DNA from: Macrostomum lignano
Lineage: Eukaryota
Length of the DNA stretch: 64,000 nucleotides
NCBI GenBank assembly: GCA_002269645.1
Contig: NIVC01000500.1
Span: 186,001 to 250,000, forward strand
Direction of reading: 5' to 3'
The notes below the pieces were generated by a model. That model ran no database searches and was not told the DNA's origin. It was given only the letters and a program-made list of their open reading frames with translations. Positions 1-24,068 of the stretch are shown here, in pieces. A program made the translations under genes and the position numbers. Numbering within the stretch: position 1 is the first letter of the stretch; every line of letters begins with the position of its first letter.

Positions 1-482
1 GCTTCAGGGTCTATCTGAATCTTTCATCTCTTCAGGCAGTGAGCTTCAGGGTCTATCTGAATCTTTCATCTCTTCAGGCAGTGAGCTTCAGGGTCTATCT
101 GAATCTTTCATCCCTTCAGGCAATGAGCTTCAGGGTCTTATCTGAATTTTTCATCCCTTCAGGCAATGAGCTTCAGGGTCTTATCTGAATATTTCATCCC
201 TTCAGGCAGTGAGCTTCAGGGTCTATCTGAATCTTTCATCCCTTCAGGCAGTGAGCTTCAGGGTCTATCTGAATCTTTCATCTCTTCAGGCAGTGAGCTT
301 CAGGGTCTTATCTGAATCTTTCATCTCTTCAGGCAGTGAGCTTCAGGGTCTATCTGAATCTTTCATCTCTTCAGGCAGTGAGCTTCAGGGTCTATCTGAA
401 TCTTTCATCTCTTCAGGCAGTGAGCTTCAGGGTCTATCTGAATTTTTCATCTCTTCAGGCAGTGAGTTTCAGGTTCTATCTG
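1..482. repeat. ~42-bp minisatellite (EB1 intron)
   Basis: Tandem GTGAGCTTCAGGGTCTATCTGAATCTTTCATCTCTTCAGGCA. Confidence 0.95.
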
Positions 483-808
483 AATCGTACCACTGGTTAT
501 AAAGTAACTATTGAACTGATATAACTTAATTAGCTTACTTATTAACCTCTCTTAGCGAACTTGGTTTTATTAACTATCGATAACTGTGTGTCTCGCAGCC
601 AATATGCAGGCTCTAATAGTCTGATTGTTCTTATTGTATTGTCAGTGTCCGTTTTAATTTCACATCATAAAAAATCCTGTTCGTTTTTTTCTATAGAATT
701 TTTGTTATAAGTGTCCCTTGCTTGCTACTTAGTAGTAGCAACAATGAGTAGTAGTCAGATGTTTGAATTGTGCCTAATCTTGTACTGATTTTTTTCACTA
801 AACTACAG

Positions 809-1673
809 GCACCCTGAACATGAAGCGAGTGAAATTCAACACTAATTTGGAGCACGAGTACATTAGCAACTTCAAAGTGTTGCAGGCCCTATTTAGAAAG
901 CACGGAGTCGACAAGGTAAGAAAATCTGGTTAAATCTGGTTAAAAATATGAAAGCTTTGCTTTGCTTTTAGTTTTTAGCTTTGCTTTTTTAGAAGATTAC
1001 CTTATCTCCCGACTTTTGCTGAGTGACTTTTTACTCTTTGCGCTGTGGATTGCTTTTAAATTATTTGTCCCTTCAATCAAGAATGCTAAAATAGCAATAA
1101 TAATTGCCTGTCTTGCAGTACTCCTACTTTTGTAATTAGCTGTTTTTGCGAAAAAAACCTACTGGAAAATAAATTTGTGATTCTTGTCTTAAGAATACAA
1201 AGTTTATACACTCAGCCACAGCTCATTTCTACAGTCAGCCACAGCTCATATCTACAGTCAGCCACAACTCATTTCTGCCAGTACAGTCACCCACAAACAA
1301 CCCTTAAAATCAGTCTTACAAATCATATTTTTAGTTTCTAAAATCCTCCGCTTAGTCTCTCATTTTCTTTTCTATCAGTTGTTAGCTGATAGCTAGACAA
1401 TTTGACTTTAACAAGACTTAAGGTGCATGATATGTTTCACATCTTTTGAATTGTCACGAAACACGAACTGACACAACCTAAGCCTCACCGTGTGCGAACC
1501 TTATGTCTCTGCAATTATCATTTTGATTGATTAATTTCTTGTGTAATTATTAATCTCCATTAGCTTGTCGCTCTCGCATCAACTCAGCCCAGCTAATCTC
1601 AGCAGCTGCTGCTTTTAGTTTAATGGCCCAGTTACTTCTGCGTTCTCTATCTGTGTGTCTGTCTGTCTCTACC

Positions 1674-1768
<95 letters not shown>

Positions 1769-1785
1769 GTGTCTGTGTGTCTGAC

Positions 1786-1852
<67 letters not shown>

Positions 1853-1853
1853 G

Positions 1854-1934
<81 letters not shown>

Positions 1935-1975
1935 TAGTGTCTGTCTGTGTGTCTGACTGTCTGTCTGTCTTAGTA

Positions 1976-2012
<37 letters not shown>

Positions 2013-2013
2013 G

Positions 2014-2054
<41 letters not shown>

Positions 2055-2091
2055 GACTGACTGTGTGTCTGACTGTCTGTTTGTCTGTCCT

Positions 2092-2126
<35 letters not shown>

Positions 2127-4062
2127 TAGTGTTGTCTGTCTGTCTGTCTTTCTATCCGTATGTCGCTCACTGCCAGCCGCCCCCCCCCCCGCCCAGGAGG
2201 TGCCAATCGAGCGCCTGGTGAACGCCCGCTTTCAGGACAACTTCGAGTTCGTGCAGTGGTTCAAGCGCTTTTTCGACGCGAACTATTCGGGCGCCGCGTA
2301 CGATCCCGTGGCCGCTAGGAACGGCTCCTCAGTTGGAGCTGCGGCATCCCCGGCGGCCGCCGCCGCGCCCTGCGCAGTGCACCCGGCGTGGGGCGGCAGG
2401 ACACGCCTCGCCGCTGCAACGGGGACTGTCGGCGGCTCCAGGCTGGCGGCTGCCAGACGCTCGCCAAATGTCGGCGTCCCCGCCAAGCAGCAGCAGCAGC
2501 AGCACTCGTCAGCGTCTAGGTCTTCGTCAATCACTGCGGGGGTGAGTCGTCAAGCGGCCTTTTTGAATGCTGTGGTTTCTGTAGTGACTCGCTTTAGCTG
2601 TTCTTGAATGTCCCGATGCTACTATCCAGCTGTCCTTGAATGCCCCAATGCTACTATCCAGTGGGCCTTGAATATCCCGATGCTACTATCCAGTGGGCCT
2701 TGAATATCCCGATGCTACTATCCAGTGGGCCTTGAATGTCCCGATGCTACTATCCAGCTGTCCTGAATGTCCCGATGCTACTATCCAGCTGTTCTTGAAT
2801 GTCCCGATGCTACTATCCAGCTGTCCTTGAATGTCCCGATGCTACTATCCAGCTTCCTTGAATGTCCCGATGCTACTATCCAGTGGGCCTTGAATGTCCC
2901 GATGCTACTATCCAGCTGTCCTGAATGTCCCGATGCTACTATCCAGCTGTTCTTGAATGTCCCGATGCTACTATCCAGCTGTCCTTGAATGTCCCGATGC
3001 TACTATCCAGCTTCCTTGAATGTCCCGATGCTAGTACTATCCAGTGGGCCTTGAATATCCCGATGCTACTATCCAGTGGGCCTTGAATGTCCCGATGCTA
3101 CTATCCAGCTGTCCTGAATGTCCCGATGCTACTATCCAGCTGTTCTTGAATGTCCCGATGCTACTATCCAGCTTCCTTGAATGTCCCGATGCTAGTACTA
3201 TCCAGTGGGCCTTGAATATCCCGATGCTACTATCCAGTGGGCCTTGAATGTCCCGATGCTACTATCCAATGGGCCTTGAATGTCCCGATGCTACTATCCA
3301 GCTGTCCTTGAATGTCCTGATGCTACTATCCAGTGGGCCTTGAATATCCCGATGCTACTATCCAGTGGGCCTTGAATGCCCTGATGCTACTATCCAGTGA
3401 TCCTTGAATGCCCTGATGCTACTATCCAGTGATCCTTGAATGCCCTGATGCTACTATCCAGCGATCCTTGAATGTCCCGATGCTACTATCCAGTGGGCCT
3501 TGAATGTCCCGATGCTACTATCCAGTGGGCCTTGAATGTCCCGATGCTACTATCCAGCGATCCTTGAATATCCCGATGCTACTATCCAGTGGGCCTTGAA
3601 TGTCCTGATGCTAGTATCCAGCGATCCTTGAATGTCCCTAAGCCTATCATTGAATTACTAAGGTTATGAGCGTTACGAGCCATTTGCAAATCGAATATAA
3701 AAATATTAAAATGCTCTCAAAACACCCAGCGCCACGCGGCAGCGTCCCATCCGCAGCAGCAGCAGCAGCATCAGAGTCAACAGCTGGCCGAGTTAAAGCG
3801 TCAATTAGAGGAATTATCGCTTCAACAGGCAGACGCTCAGACAACTATTGATAGCCTAGTTCGCGAGAGGGACTTCTACTTTGGCAAGCTGCGTAATGTT
3901 GAAATAATCTGCCAAGAGGCCAATCAAACGCCCACAGTTAAAGCTATCTTAGATGTGCTGTACCAGACTGAGGAAGGCTTCGCCCCGCCTGACAGTGTCA
4001 GTCAGGCTGCTGACATTCCAAATTCGGCCGAAAACGGCTGCGGTGATGGCGACGATTTTTGA
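809..4062 (+). CDS. MAPRE1: Microtubule end-binding protein EB1 (RP/EB family), 5'-partial; first exon(s) lie upstream of the window
   Basis: Exons 809-915, 2197-2541 and 3730-4062 have canonical AG/GT sites and consistent phases. They encode the CH domain ([26 protein letters not shown]...VDK|[30 protein letters not shown]), the EBH domain ([22 protein letters not shown]...[12 protein letters not shown]) and an acidic-aromatic tail GDDF*. Confidence 0.93.
1650..2150. repeat. (CTGT)n microsatellite
   Basis: Read directly; ends just upstream of the EB1 acceptor at 2196. Confidence 0.95.
2604..3640. repeat. 31-32-bp minisatellite (EB1 intron)
   Basis: Tandem TTGAATGTCCCGATGCTACTATCCAGTGGGCC variants. 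Confidence 0.95.
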
Positions 4063-4384
4063 GTTAAAGGTCTTGGGATTGATTTTGAAATTTGATTGGC
4101 TTTTTTTACAGACTCGCGTGCACAGAGCACTTTATGTAGGGCGCCGCACGGGCAGGCACACTTTGCTAGGATGCTAGGATTTTCTTTCTGACTTTTCCTT
4201 ATTCTGTTGTTTTGATTTTTTTCAGTCTTTTGTTTGATTTTTTGCTTCTGCTTCCTAGTGAAAATATGGGTTTTGAATCCAATGTACATTCGCTCGTCAA
4301 TGCTGACTTAGTTGGGTATTTACATTGGGGCCAAGAAACTGGAATTAAATGCAAGAGTTAGACCCAGGCTGTTGTGTTCGAGCG

Positions 4385-4748
4385 ATGTACATTGGGGCCT
4401 GGGGTAGAGGAGTGCCGCTGAATCTCTGGCACAAATAAAGTTTAAATAGCTAGGAGTTGAATAGAGATAAGGGCTGTTTTGCATAACCAATGTACATTGG
4501 GGATGGGGGTAGAAGAGTGCCGCTGAATCTCTGGCACAAATAAAGTTTAAATAGCTAGGAGTGGAATGAAGGTTTTGCATGACCAATGTACATTGGGGAT
4601 GGGGGTAGAAGAGTGCCGCTAAATCTCTGGCACAAATAAAGTTTAAATAGCTAGGAGTGGAATGAAGGTTTTGCATGACCAATGTACATTGGGGATGGGG
4701 TAGAAGAGTGCCGCTAAATCTCTGGCACAAATAAAGTTTAAATAGCTA
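4385..4748. repeat. ~95-105-bp tandem repeat downstream of the EB1 stop
   Basis: About 4 copies containing GTGCCGCT(G/A)AATCTCTGGCACAAATAAAGTTTAAATAGCTA. Confidence 0.85.
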
Positions 4749-6158
4749 ATAATAAGGACTGTTTTCGGTTTCATGTTTTTTTCTATACTGTTTTCAGAGC
4801 CTGCATAGTTTTTTATTTTGTCTCTTTTGATTGTGTTTTGTTCAAAATTGCACTTATAGTGAACAAATTCATATTTTCATGCCACATTTATCATTGTGAA
4901 GTATTTCTTTCTAGCTCTTCTAAAAAATTATGAATTGCTTTTCAATTTTAGCTATCAGATATATTGTAAAACAACGCTCGTGTACGAAGAACTTTTTTTG
5001 GGACCAGCATTGCCATCTTGCAATCATTGCGCTGTATTAGAAGTTTTAGTTGCTTTATTAGTTTATTCTTCCATTCCTTCTATGTTTGATTCGTGCAGGA
5101 ATTTTACGCAAGTCACTGTGCTTGTTTTGGCTTGGCGCCTTGTTTCCCTTATTTTCATTCTTTGTCAAATTTTTGTGCTGTTTATACCTCGCGTCAACTA
5201 TATTGTCAATGCTTTTTTGCAAAAAAAGTTATTATTCTTGAAAGCTCTCGCAATTTTTGAGTTGTCAAAATCTGACAAAGGACACTAGCTTGGAAAATAG
5301 CTTTTAGTCCACTTATTAACACAGCAACATTGATTTGTTTGCGCTTATTTCGGCAATTCCATGAACAATTTTGTGTTTTTGTTGCTTTCGTTTTGTTAAA
5401 ATTGACGCCAATTTATTTACAACAGTGTGCATAGAGAGTCATACAAATACACAGAGCCAGGCCCTTCGGATATATGATTTCATTTTTGTACTATATAGAA
5501 TTACGAATACCCACTAATTCGTTAACAATTTCAGTTTATGGTCCTTTTTCATTCTTTACCTAATCTACTCAGCAGTAGATTAGCGGGTGTACTCGGATAA
5601 TTACTAGAATTTAACAGATAGCTAGCAGACTCTGGACTGGGAGCGGCCGGCTGTAAGGAAGTTGTAAAATCCAGAGCTCATCCGAGATTGACTGAGGTCA
5701 GCTGGGGATGCTAATCATGCTATACTACATGTATGTAGGTCCAGAAGGCGAGTGCGAAAACTACTTTGGGGGACTGGGGGAGGGGAAGCCCGATCAATGA
5801 CTTTTTCAAGTGTACATTGCACGCTGGCCCGCTGTGGGGTTGAATGTACAGTGCAGTCTGGGGGGTTCTCTGCCAACCTCCCTTATCCAGGGGGGGAATG
5901 TACATTCACGCAAGCGCCGCGGGAAGGGGGGAGAGAAAACTGGACAGAGGGTGAGTAAGAACCGGACAGGACGGGGTAAAGGAGTTATGATGCGTTCTGT
6001 ATGTAATGGAGAGTTTGGAATGAACTGGATCTCCAGTTTATTAAAAGCCAGCAGTGCATCGAGTACTTAAAGAAGAAATATATCACTTCTTACGCTCGTA
6101 TTATTAAGTTAGTTATTTTTAATTCACGGTTTTTATACACAGCAAACGCATCAGTATA

Positions 6159-7538
6159 ATGTCGTCCGGCCCGAGGACAGTGCTAATCGCAGTCGACGAA
6201 AGCGACCATTCTAGGCAGGCGTTTCGCTGGTTCGTCAGCGAACTGTTTCGCCCGGACGATCGTGTTATAGTCTATCACTCCGCTGAGGCGCCCAGCTTGC
6301 CCAATGTCACCATGTCTTCTCCAATTTCTGTAAGTGGAAAGTAGGATTCATCATTCGATTCGAGTCAGAATTTCGTTGCTATGCATTGTATCTTTACACA
6401 GAAATACTGCAGTATGAAAAGTTATTATAGTTTTCATTTTTCTATGCAAATTAGAGTCGAATTTTTAATAATATAAGATGTCTTATGCAAATCAATTCTT
6501 ATATCCCATGAGAATGAAAATGAGAAAACCCTCGGCTTTTGTAGCCATAAACTAAAACGAGTGTGCGTACGAGCGTTAATTTAAATTAACCAAATCTATA
6601 CTGTAAGTAACTCCTTCATGATTTATTCCCACTTCAATACAATAGTCTATATCGTTGCAGTATTTAAAAAGTATATGCAAATTGAAAATTGAATGCTTGA
6701 TTTGGATAGATAGGAAAGATATGAAAGAATGGGGATATTTTAAAGAATGGGGAAGATTGGAAGAGAATTAGGGAGATTCGAAGAGACTGGGAGGAGATTC
6801 GAAGAGTCTGGGGGAGATTCGAAGAGACTGGGGGAGATTCGAAGAGACTGGGGGAGATTCGAAGAGACTGGGGAAGATTCGAAGAGACTTGGGGAGATTC
6901 GAAGAGACTGGGGGAGATTCGAAGAGACTGGGGGAGATTCGAAGAGACTGGGGGAGATTCGAAGAGACGGGGGGGAGATTCGAAGAGACTGGGGGAGATT
7001 CGAAGAGACTGGGGGAGATTCGAAGAGACTGGGGAAGATTCGAAGAGACTGGGGGAGATTCGAAGAGACTGGGGGAGATTCGAAGAGACTGGGGGAGATT
7101 CGAAGAGACTGGGGGAGATTCGAAGAGACTGGGGGAGATTCGAAGAGACGGGGGGGAGATTCGAAGAGACTGGGGGAGATTCGAAGAGACTTAAAGCCAA
7201 GGTGCACGACCCTAACCGCGCAGGTCCCAGTGGGTGACTGGCACCGGATCCTCATGAGCCGGCTGGAGGCCATGCGAGCCCTGGAGGACGAGTACACCGT
7301 CAGGGCTCGCGACTCGGACATTCGCAACTTTCAGTTCGTAGCGGAGAACAGCCGACACCCCGGCGAAGCGATCGTGGAGGCGTCCAACCGGTTCAACGTC
7401 AGTCACATTGTCATCGGGTGCCGCGGTCTCGGCTCGCTTCGTCGTGCCTTCCTTGGCTCCGTGTCTGACTACGTGGCGCGCAATGCCTTTGTACCAACCA
7501 GCATCGTGCCGGCTGCTTGCAGCGGCGATAGGGAGTGA
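6159..7538 (+). CDS. Universal stress protein (UspA/USP domain), 161 aa
   Basis: Exons 6159-6329 and 7224-7538 (GTAAGT donor; CTAAC branch point and CAG acceptor; phase 0). N-terminus RTVLIAVDESDHSRQAF and C-terminus IVIGCRGLGSLRRAFLGSVSDYV match the USP G-x-x-G-x9-G(S/T) motif. Confidence 0.93.
6770..7190. repeat. 20-bp minisatellite (USP intron)
   Basis: Tandem GATTCGAAGAGACTGGGGGA. Confidence 0.95.
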
Positions 7539-7739
7539 AGATGGATTAACGTTGACAGTTAATTAGGCTTTAGGCGTTGAATTCATTTATATAAGAGTAT
7601 ATAACTTATTAGCTGTTTTTTATCCTATCATTAGTCTGTCGTGTCGTTTTGGACCAGTGATCCAAAGTAATTAATTCCGTTTGTCTTTTCTTCTGTACTT
7701 AGAAGGATAACTTATTATCCATCTTTCTAACTGCAGGAG

Positions 7740-8310
7740 TCCCATTCCAATCCTTGAAATCCCATTTCGATCCCTTAAGAACCCCATTTTTGATCCCTTA
7801 AAAATCATTCCGATCCCTTAAAAATCCCATTCCGATTCCTTAAAAGTCCCATTCCGATTCCTTAAAAAATCCCATTCCGATCCCCTAAGATCCCATTCCG
7901 ATCCCATAGAAATCCCATTCCGATCCCTTGAAATCCCATTCCGATCCCTTAGAAATCCCATTCCGATTCCTTAAAAGTCCCATTCCGATTCCTTAAAAAT
8001 CCCATTCCGATCCCCTAGAAATCCCATTCCAATCCCTTGAAATCCCATTCCGATTCCTTAAAAGTCCCATTCCGATTCCTTAAAAATCCCATTCCGATCC
8101 CCTAAGATCCCATCCCGATTCCTTAAAAATCCCATTCCGATCCCATAAAAAATCCCATTCCGATTCCTTAAAAATCCCATTCCGATCCCATAAAATCCCA
8201 TTCCGATTCCTTAAAAATCCTATTCCGAATCTTAAAGTCCCATTCCGATCCCTTAGAAATCCCATTCCGATCCCATAAAATTCCCAATCCGATCCCTTAT
8301 AAATCCTATT
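7740..8310. repeat. 21-22-bp minisatellite
   Basis: Tandem GATCCCTTAAAAATCCCATTCC variants. Confidence 0.9.
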
Positions 8311-8729
8311 TAGATACCTTGTTTGAATAAGAATGACTAATCCAATTTATCTTTAAAAAATTTCATTGCAACCGTAATCATTTTAATTAGTGCCGACACG
8401 AAACAAATTACTCAAATTTGCTTTACCTTTAGCGTTAGTTTCTTCGATCCTCAATAGTAATAGCTGTGAGTCATGTCAGCCTAGTCTAGTTAAACACCTT
8501 TGCTGACCCTTTAGTGTATTAGACTGTCTGGCTCTGTGTTCAATAAAGCAATTATAATTTAATTCTTTCTTGTTAGTGTCTTATTACAAAAAATGTTGGG
8601 TTTCTGTACATGCATGCACGAGTGGCACAGAGACAGAGTCTATTAAAATATTTTACGAGAATCTGTGTGATCATGTGTAAAATGAAGGCTTTTCCATCTG
8701 TAAATGACACGCTATGCCCATAAATGACA

Positions 8730-8930
8730 CACTATGACCAGAATATGACACTCTATGACCAGAATATGACGCACTCCTATGACCAGAATGTGGCGCACTC
8801 CATGACCGAAATGTGGCGCACTCTATGACTGGAATGTGGCGCACTCTATGACCAGAATGTGGCACACTATGACCGAAATGTGGCGCACTCTATGACCGAA
8901 ATGTGGCGCACTCCATGACCAGAATGAGGC
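8730..8930. repeat. ~22-bp minisatellite
   Basis: Tandem CACTCTATGACCAGAATGTGGCG variants. Confidence 0.85.
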
Positions 8931-9399
8931 GTTATCTATGGTTATGTTACGGCTATAATATCATGTCCCTAATCCCTTTCTACCTTCCTCATTCCTAGCT
9001 GTTTCCCTTACCCCTCTCCCTGTCTCCCTCACCCCTCTCCACCCTCACTTATCACAATTTTCCTGAGGCGGGGATCAATGTTATTTAAGCGAAAAAATAG
9101 TACGTTCTGTTTTGCTCCGAGAGTTGATCCAGGTAATCGCGAACCTCTGGGGTGACCCCTCGCGTTAAACTTTCTGATCCCCATAATAAATCGGAGTGCT
9201 AATTAGCAGATCAAACTCGTTCAACTATCGAATTCCATTCCGTAATTGTTAGCCGGGGGCGCCGTTGTTCAGAAGAAAATTTTCAAACCCTCCTCTCAGA
9301 TCGACAGGTGTTAAAACGAAGTGTGTCCTTGATTATGCTGATGTAAACAGCTAGGGGATAATAGTATAGTACTTGGGCTAGTGATGCGTTTGCCGCCGT

Positions 9400-10170
9400 A
9401 AGGATGAGGGAGACAGGGAAGGTGAGGTAGACAATTGGGGATGAGGGAGACAGAAGGATGAGGGAGACAGATAGGAATGAAGTAGACAGAGAGAGATGAG
9501 GGAGACAGGGATGCGGGATACAAAAGGGATGAGGGAGACAGAGGGGTGAGGGAGACAGATAGGAATGAAGTAGACAGAGAGAGATGAGGGAGACAGGGAT
9601 GCGGGATACAAAAGGGATGAGGGAGACAGAGGGGTGAGGGAGACAGATAGGAATGAAGTAGACAGAGAGAGATGAGGGAGACAGGGATGCGGGATACAGA
9701 AGGGATGAGGGAGACAGAGGGGTGAGGGAGACAGAGAGGAATGAGGTAGACAGAGAGGATGAGGGAGACAGGGGATGAGGGAGACAGAGGTATGAGGGAG
9801 ACAGAGGGGTGAGGGAGACAGAGAGGAATGAGGTAGACAGAGAGGGATGACGAAGACAGAGATGAGGGAGACAGGGGGATGAGGAAGACAGAGGGATGAG
9901 GGAGACAGAGGGATGCGGGAGACAGAGGGATGAGGGAGACAGAGGGATGCGGGAGATAGAGAGATGAGAGAGACAGAGGGATGAGGGAGACAGAGGGATG
10001 AGGGAGACAGAGGGATGCGGGAGACAGAGGGATGAGGGAGACAGAGGGATGTGGGAGACAGAGGGATGAGGGAGACAGAGGGATGCGGGAGACAGAGGGA
10101 TGACGAAGACAGAGATGAGGGAGACAGAGGGATGCGGGAGACAGAGGGATGAGGGAGACAGGGATGAGGT
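9400..10170. repeat. Purine-rich minisatellite with ~88-bp higher-order copies
   Basis: GGATGAGGGAGACAGA(G) variants. Confidence 0.9.
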
Positions 10171-10649
10171 AAACAGATCAGCAGTAGATATTTTTGCCAG
10201 TCTGTCTTTTACCTCAAAAAGAATTTCTCCATGCTGTCAGTTGTCTGGCGATGCAGCGCAAGGGAGGAGAATTTAATATCGGTGAGCTAAACAGATCGGT
10301 CTCTAGGGGGAGGGGGAGAAGTAGAGAATCGAGCTGCAAGTAATCCTCTATATTCGTACATCAATTTGAACGAATACAAATGAAGTGAGTCTCCTGCGTG
10401 TTTACTGTAGTACGACTACTCAAGTGGGAAATTTAATTTTTGAGTTGAGTTACCCAAAAAATATTCGATCCATCATCTCTGCTGCCAGCCTCGGTCTGGG
10501 AGCCCGTAAAGAGATTATCGTCTACTAGCCAATGGTAATCCCGCTCCTGCTTCGATTGATTATGAATGAACGAAGAAAAAATGGAGCCTTTAGTAAGCAG
10601 TGCATTGTAAAGTTGTCCATATGACTTTCAGGAAAGTTCGAATGCAATA

Positions 10650-11290
10650 CAGATCCCAATCTTTAATCCTTCAGATCCCGATCTTTAATCCCTCAGATCC
10701 CGATCTTTAATCCCTCAGATGCCGATCTTTAATCCCTCAGATCCCGATATTTAATCCTTCAGATCCTGATCTTTAACCTCTCAGATCCCTTTTAATTTAG
10801 TCTCTTCAGATCTCGATCTTAAAGGGAGATTAAGAGCGAGTGAGAGTAGAGAGGGAGAGTGAGATAAGAGAGGAAGAGTGAGAGTAGAAAGGGAAGGTAA
10901 GAGTAAAGAGGAAGAGTGAGAGTAGAGAGGGAGAGTGAGAGTAGAGAGGGAGAGTGAGAGTAGAGAGGAAGAGTGAGAGTAAGAGAGGGAGAGTGAGAGT
11001 AGATAGGGAGAGTGAGAGTACAGAGGGAGATTAAGATAAGAGAGGAAGAGTGAGAGTAGAAAGGGAAGGTGAGAGTAGAGAGGAAGAGTGAGAATAGAAA
11101 TGGAAGGTGAGAGTAGAGAGGAAGAGTGAGAGTAGAGAGGGAGAGTGAGAGTAGAGAGGGAGAGTGAGAGTAGAGAGGGAGATTGAGATAAGAGAGGAAG
11201 AGCGAGAGTAGAAAGGGAGGGTGAGTGTAGAGAGGAAGAGCGAGAGTAGAGAGGGAAAGTGAGAGTAGAGAGGGAAAGTGAGGGTGAAGG
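10650..11290. repeat. Two adjacent minisatellites (~21-bp ATCTTTAATCCCTCAGATCCC and purine-rich GAGAGTGAGAGTAGAGAGG)
   Basis: Read directly. Confidence 0.85.
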
Positions 11291-11919
11291 GAGTGGGAGA
11301 TTAGGGAGGTCGCATCGGAGTCAATTGCGAGACATGGCTAATTACAATTTGCATAAATTAGTGGTGGCTTGGGCAATGTAAATTAAATTGGTCTTCTCGG
11401 ATAAATGAGCCTCATAAACTTGAGCCCCGTGACCTTCATATAAATGAAGCACCTGACTCATTCTGAACAGGACTACTCTTTGTTGTTGCTAACAAATCTA
11501 TTTTCCCAGGGTCTCCGTAAATACTCCTACAATTTGTATTAAATAAGCGTACATATTATAGCTGATCCTTGAGAGCGAATTACCACTCAGCCTGATGATG
11601 TGGGCACATTGTGTAAAGCCGAGCTTACAAGGAGCTCGAGGCTGGATAAACTCCAGTATAGGCCTTTTAATACCATTTTCAGTTACATGCGGGACTGGGG
11701 AACAACACATAATCTCAGTATATCCACCGAACTGGGATGGTTTTCCGTTACACCTCGGTAATTCATCAGAGGGGGGCAAACTTATTGAAGGCTTAATTTT
11801 GTCATGTGTTTTGGAACGAAATTAGAATACCTTAGTTAAGCTGCTAATCTGGTTTTACCAAGCTATTATTTTCTTAAAGTACAACTGGAGTTCAGGGGCA
11901 GGCCATGGAAATTCCAGCA

Positions 11920-21928
<10,009 letters not shown>

Positions 21929-23143
21929 CTGACTTGGCTGTAGAGGCGGAACTATTGCTCATTGAATAAGCGGCAGCGGAGTTTCGAATCCTGCTGGATG
22001 CGACTGAGTTTTATACAAGCGATGGGCTCTGCACTGACACTGAAAGTTAGATCAGGGATTGGACCTGCAGAGCGCAGCCAATGCGAGCTGGGCGGGCTGG
22101 GAACGGAGACACAGTGGGTGGCAGTGCGAGAGGAACTAGCTGTCACTGCACCTGTGAAGTTTGTGCCTGACTTTGCTGGCCTTCACAGGGGTTCACAGCT
22201 ACCCCCTCATCTGATGGTCACAGCTACCCCCTCATCTGATGCTTCAGGGGTCACAGCTACCCCCTCACCTGATACTTCAGGGGTTCAGGGGTCACAGCTA
22301 CCCCCTCACCTGATACTTCAGGGGTTCAGGGGTCACAGCTATCCTCTAACCTTTCTGCTACCCCCCTCATCTAAACATTCGATAGAATTTTCCACAACCC
22401 ATCAAAATCGCAGGTGCCAACTGAGGTCGCCATGGTGCCACTCATCAGACCTTGCACTCACTGAGGCCGCATCCGTACTTTATGACCTCTTTTCTTAGGT
22501 CTCTCTAAAATATTTCGAAGCATTTCCATATCTGGAGTTTCCTGTTAACTCCGCTACATGTACACAATATTGTATTATAATTATCCTCACTTCCGCAAAC
22601 TCCCTGCCCCCCTCTACAGATAGCGGCTGTCCTCTCCTCGTTTCCCCTCCGATGCAGTGAAACCTGGAATTCTCCTCAGAAAGACCCTCGAATGATGTCG
22701 CAGGAATGACAGCTCGATAAGCTTCCGCCCGGCATGTCTTTCCTTCTTTCCTCGCCTGCCTCCAAAATCTTCATCTAAGACGTTCGGGTTTCTATAAGCC
22801 TCATATCGGTGTCGTCAGCATCTGCGTTCGTCATTCCATAATCTTCATCCTCATATCGGCAGAGATTTCCAGAAAATCCCGATTGCAGCTGACAAAGGGA
22901 GAGAGGCTGGGGCCTCAGCTGCTGCATCTTAGATAGAAAAATGGGACTTAGGGCTAATTTATTAATCCGTTAACACCCAGCACTGATTAGTTGTGTACTT
23001 CCGTGGGCAAGAGATTGGGCTAGATGATAAAAATATCTCAAAATGCAAACTCCAAAACAATGCTGCACTTAACCGAGAGCTGATTTAATAGTACATATTC
23101 AGTTCTACTTTTGAGTTGGGGACACTAATATTGTGAGCTGGAG

Positions 23144-23370
23144 AGCGCCAACATTCAGAGTAGGGGGGGGGGGGAGTGGCGCCAACATTCAGAGTAGGGG
23201 GCGCCAACATTCAGAGTAGGGGGGGGGAGTGGCGCCAACATTCAGAGTAGGGGCGCCAACATTCAGAGTAGGGGGGGGGAGTGGCGCCAACATTCAGAGT
23301 AGGGGGGGGGGGTGGCGCCAACATTCATAGTTGGGGGCGCCAACATTCAGAGTAGGGGGCGCCAACATTT
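23144..23370. repeat. G-rich minisatellite between GPCR and CFAP45
   Basis: GGCGCCAACATTCAGAGTAG(G)n with variable G runs. Confidence 0.88.
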
Positions 23371-24054
23371 GGTTTGGTAGCTGTGGGTACCCCTAATAAA
23401 ATAGCCAAGGGAATTATTAAGTGTTTGTATACTGTAAACTTTAAAGAGACAATGCAATAAGTGCTTTATATTAGCACTATCTACTATGAGTAGTTTACGA
23501 CAGGAGAAATAATTTAGCAGTAATCTGGGTGGGCCATTATTACAAGGCTACGCAGGGTGGAGAGCGACTCCAGCTCCGTCGGTCCTCTGCACCTACCCTC
23601 CTGTGGTTGGAGAGAAAATGCAACGTGTATGCACTGGTTACTGGGGTGTCGCAGGTATGGAGAGAGACGAAGAGAATGACGCAGCGTTGAATAGGGTGAA
23701 ACTTGTCAGGTGCACATGCGCTGCACAATGGCTGTTTAAGCTAGTGGCTGAGAAGAGAAGAGAAGAGAACTGAGCCTGGAGCCTCCTTGCCCAGAAGAAT
23801 CCTTCTCGCCAAGTGTACAGAAAAGCTGCTCTGCTGTAGCCCGCATACTGCATAGTCTCAAGGCCTTGCCAACCAAGTCTGGGCCTGCCTATATTGCAGC
23901 CCTTGGTATAGAGAGATAGGGAGGGAGAGAGGGAGAGACAGGCGGGGGCTGAGGGGCAGGCAGTGCGCTGTTGTCAAGGCCGCAGTACGCTGGGGTTAGA
24001 AACTGTGAAGGGTAAAGAGCGGGCTTGGGGCTGACGTGCCCACCCCCACCGCGT

Positions 24055-24068
24055 CGGTCCATAGCAAC
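24055..24068. promoter_or_regulatory. Degenerate X-box-like site ~170 bp upstream of CFAP45
   Basis: CGGTCCATAGCAAC has a perfect right half-site (ATAGCAAC) and a weak left half. Confidence 0.35.
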
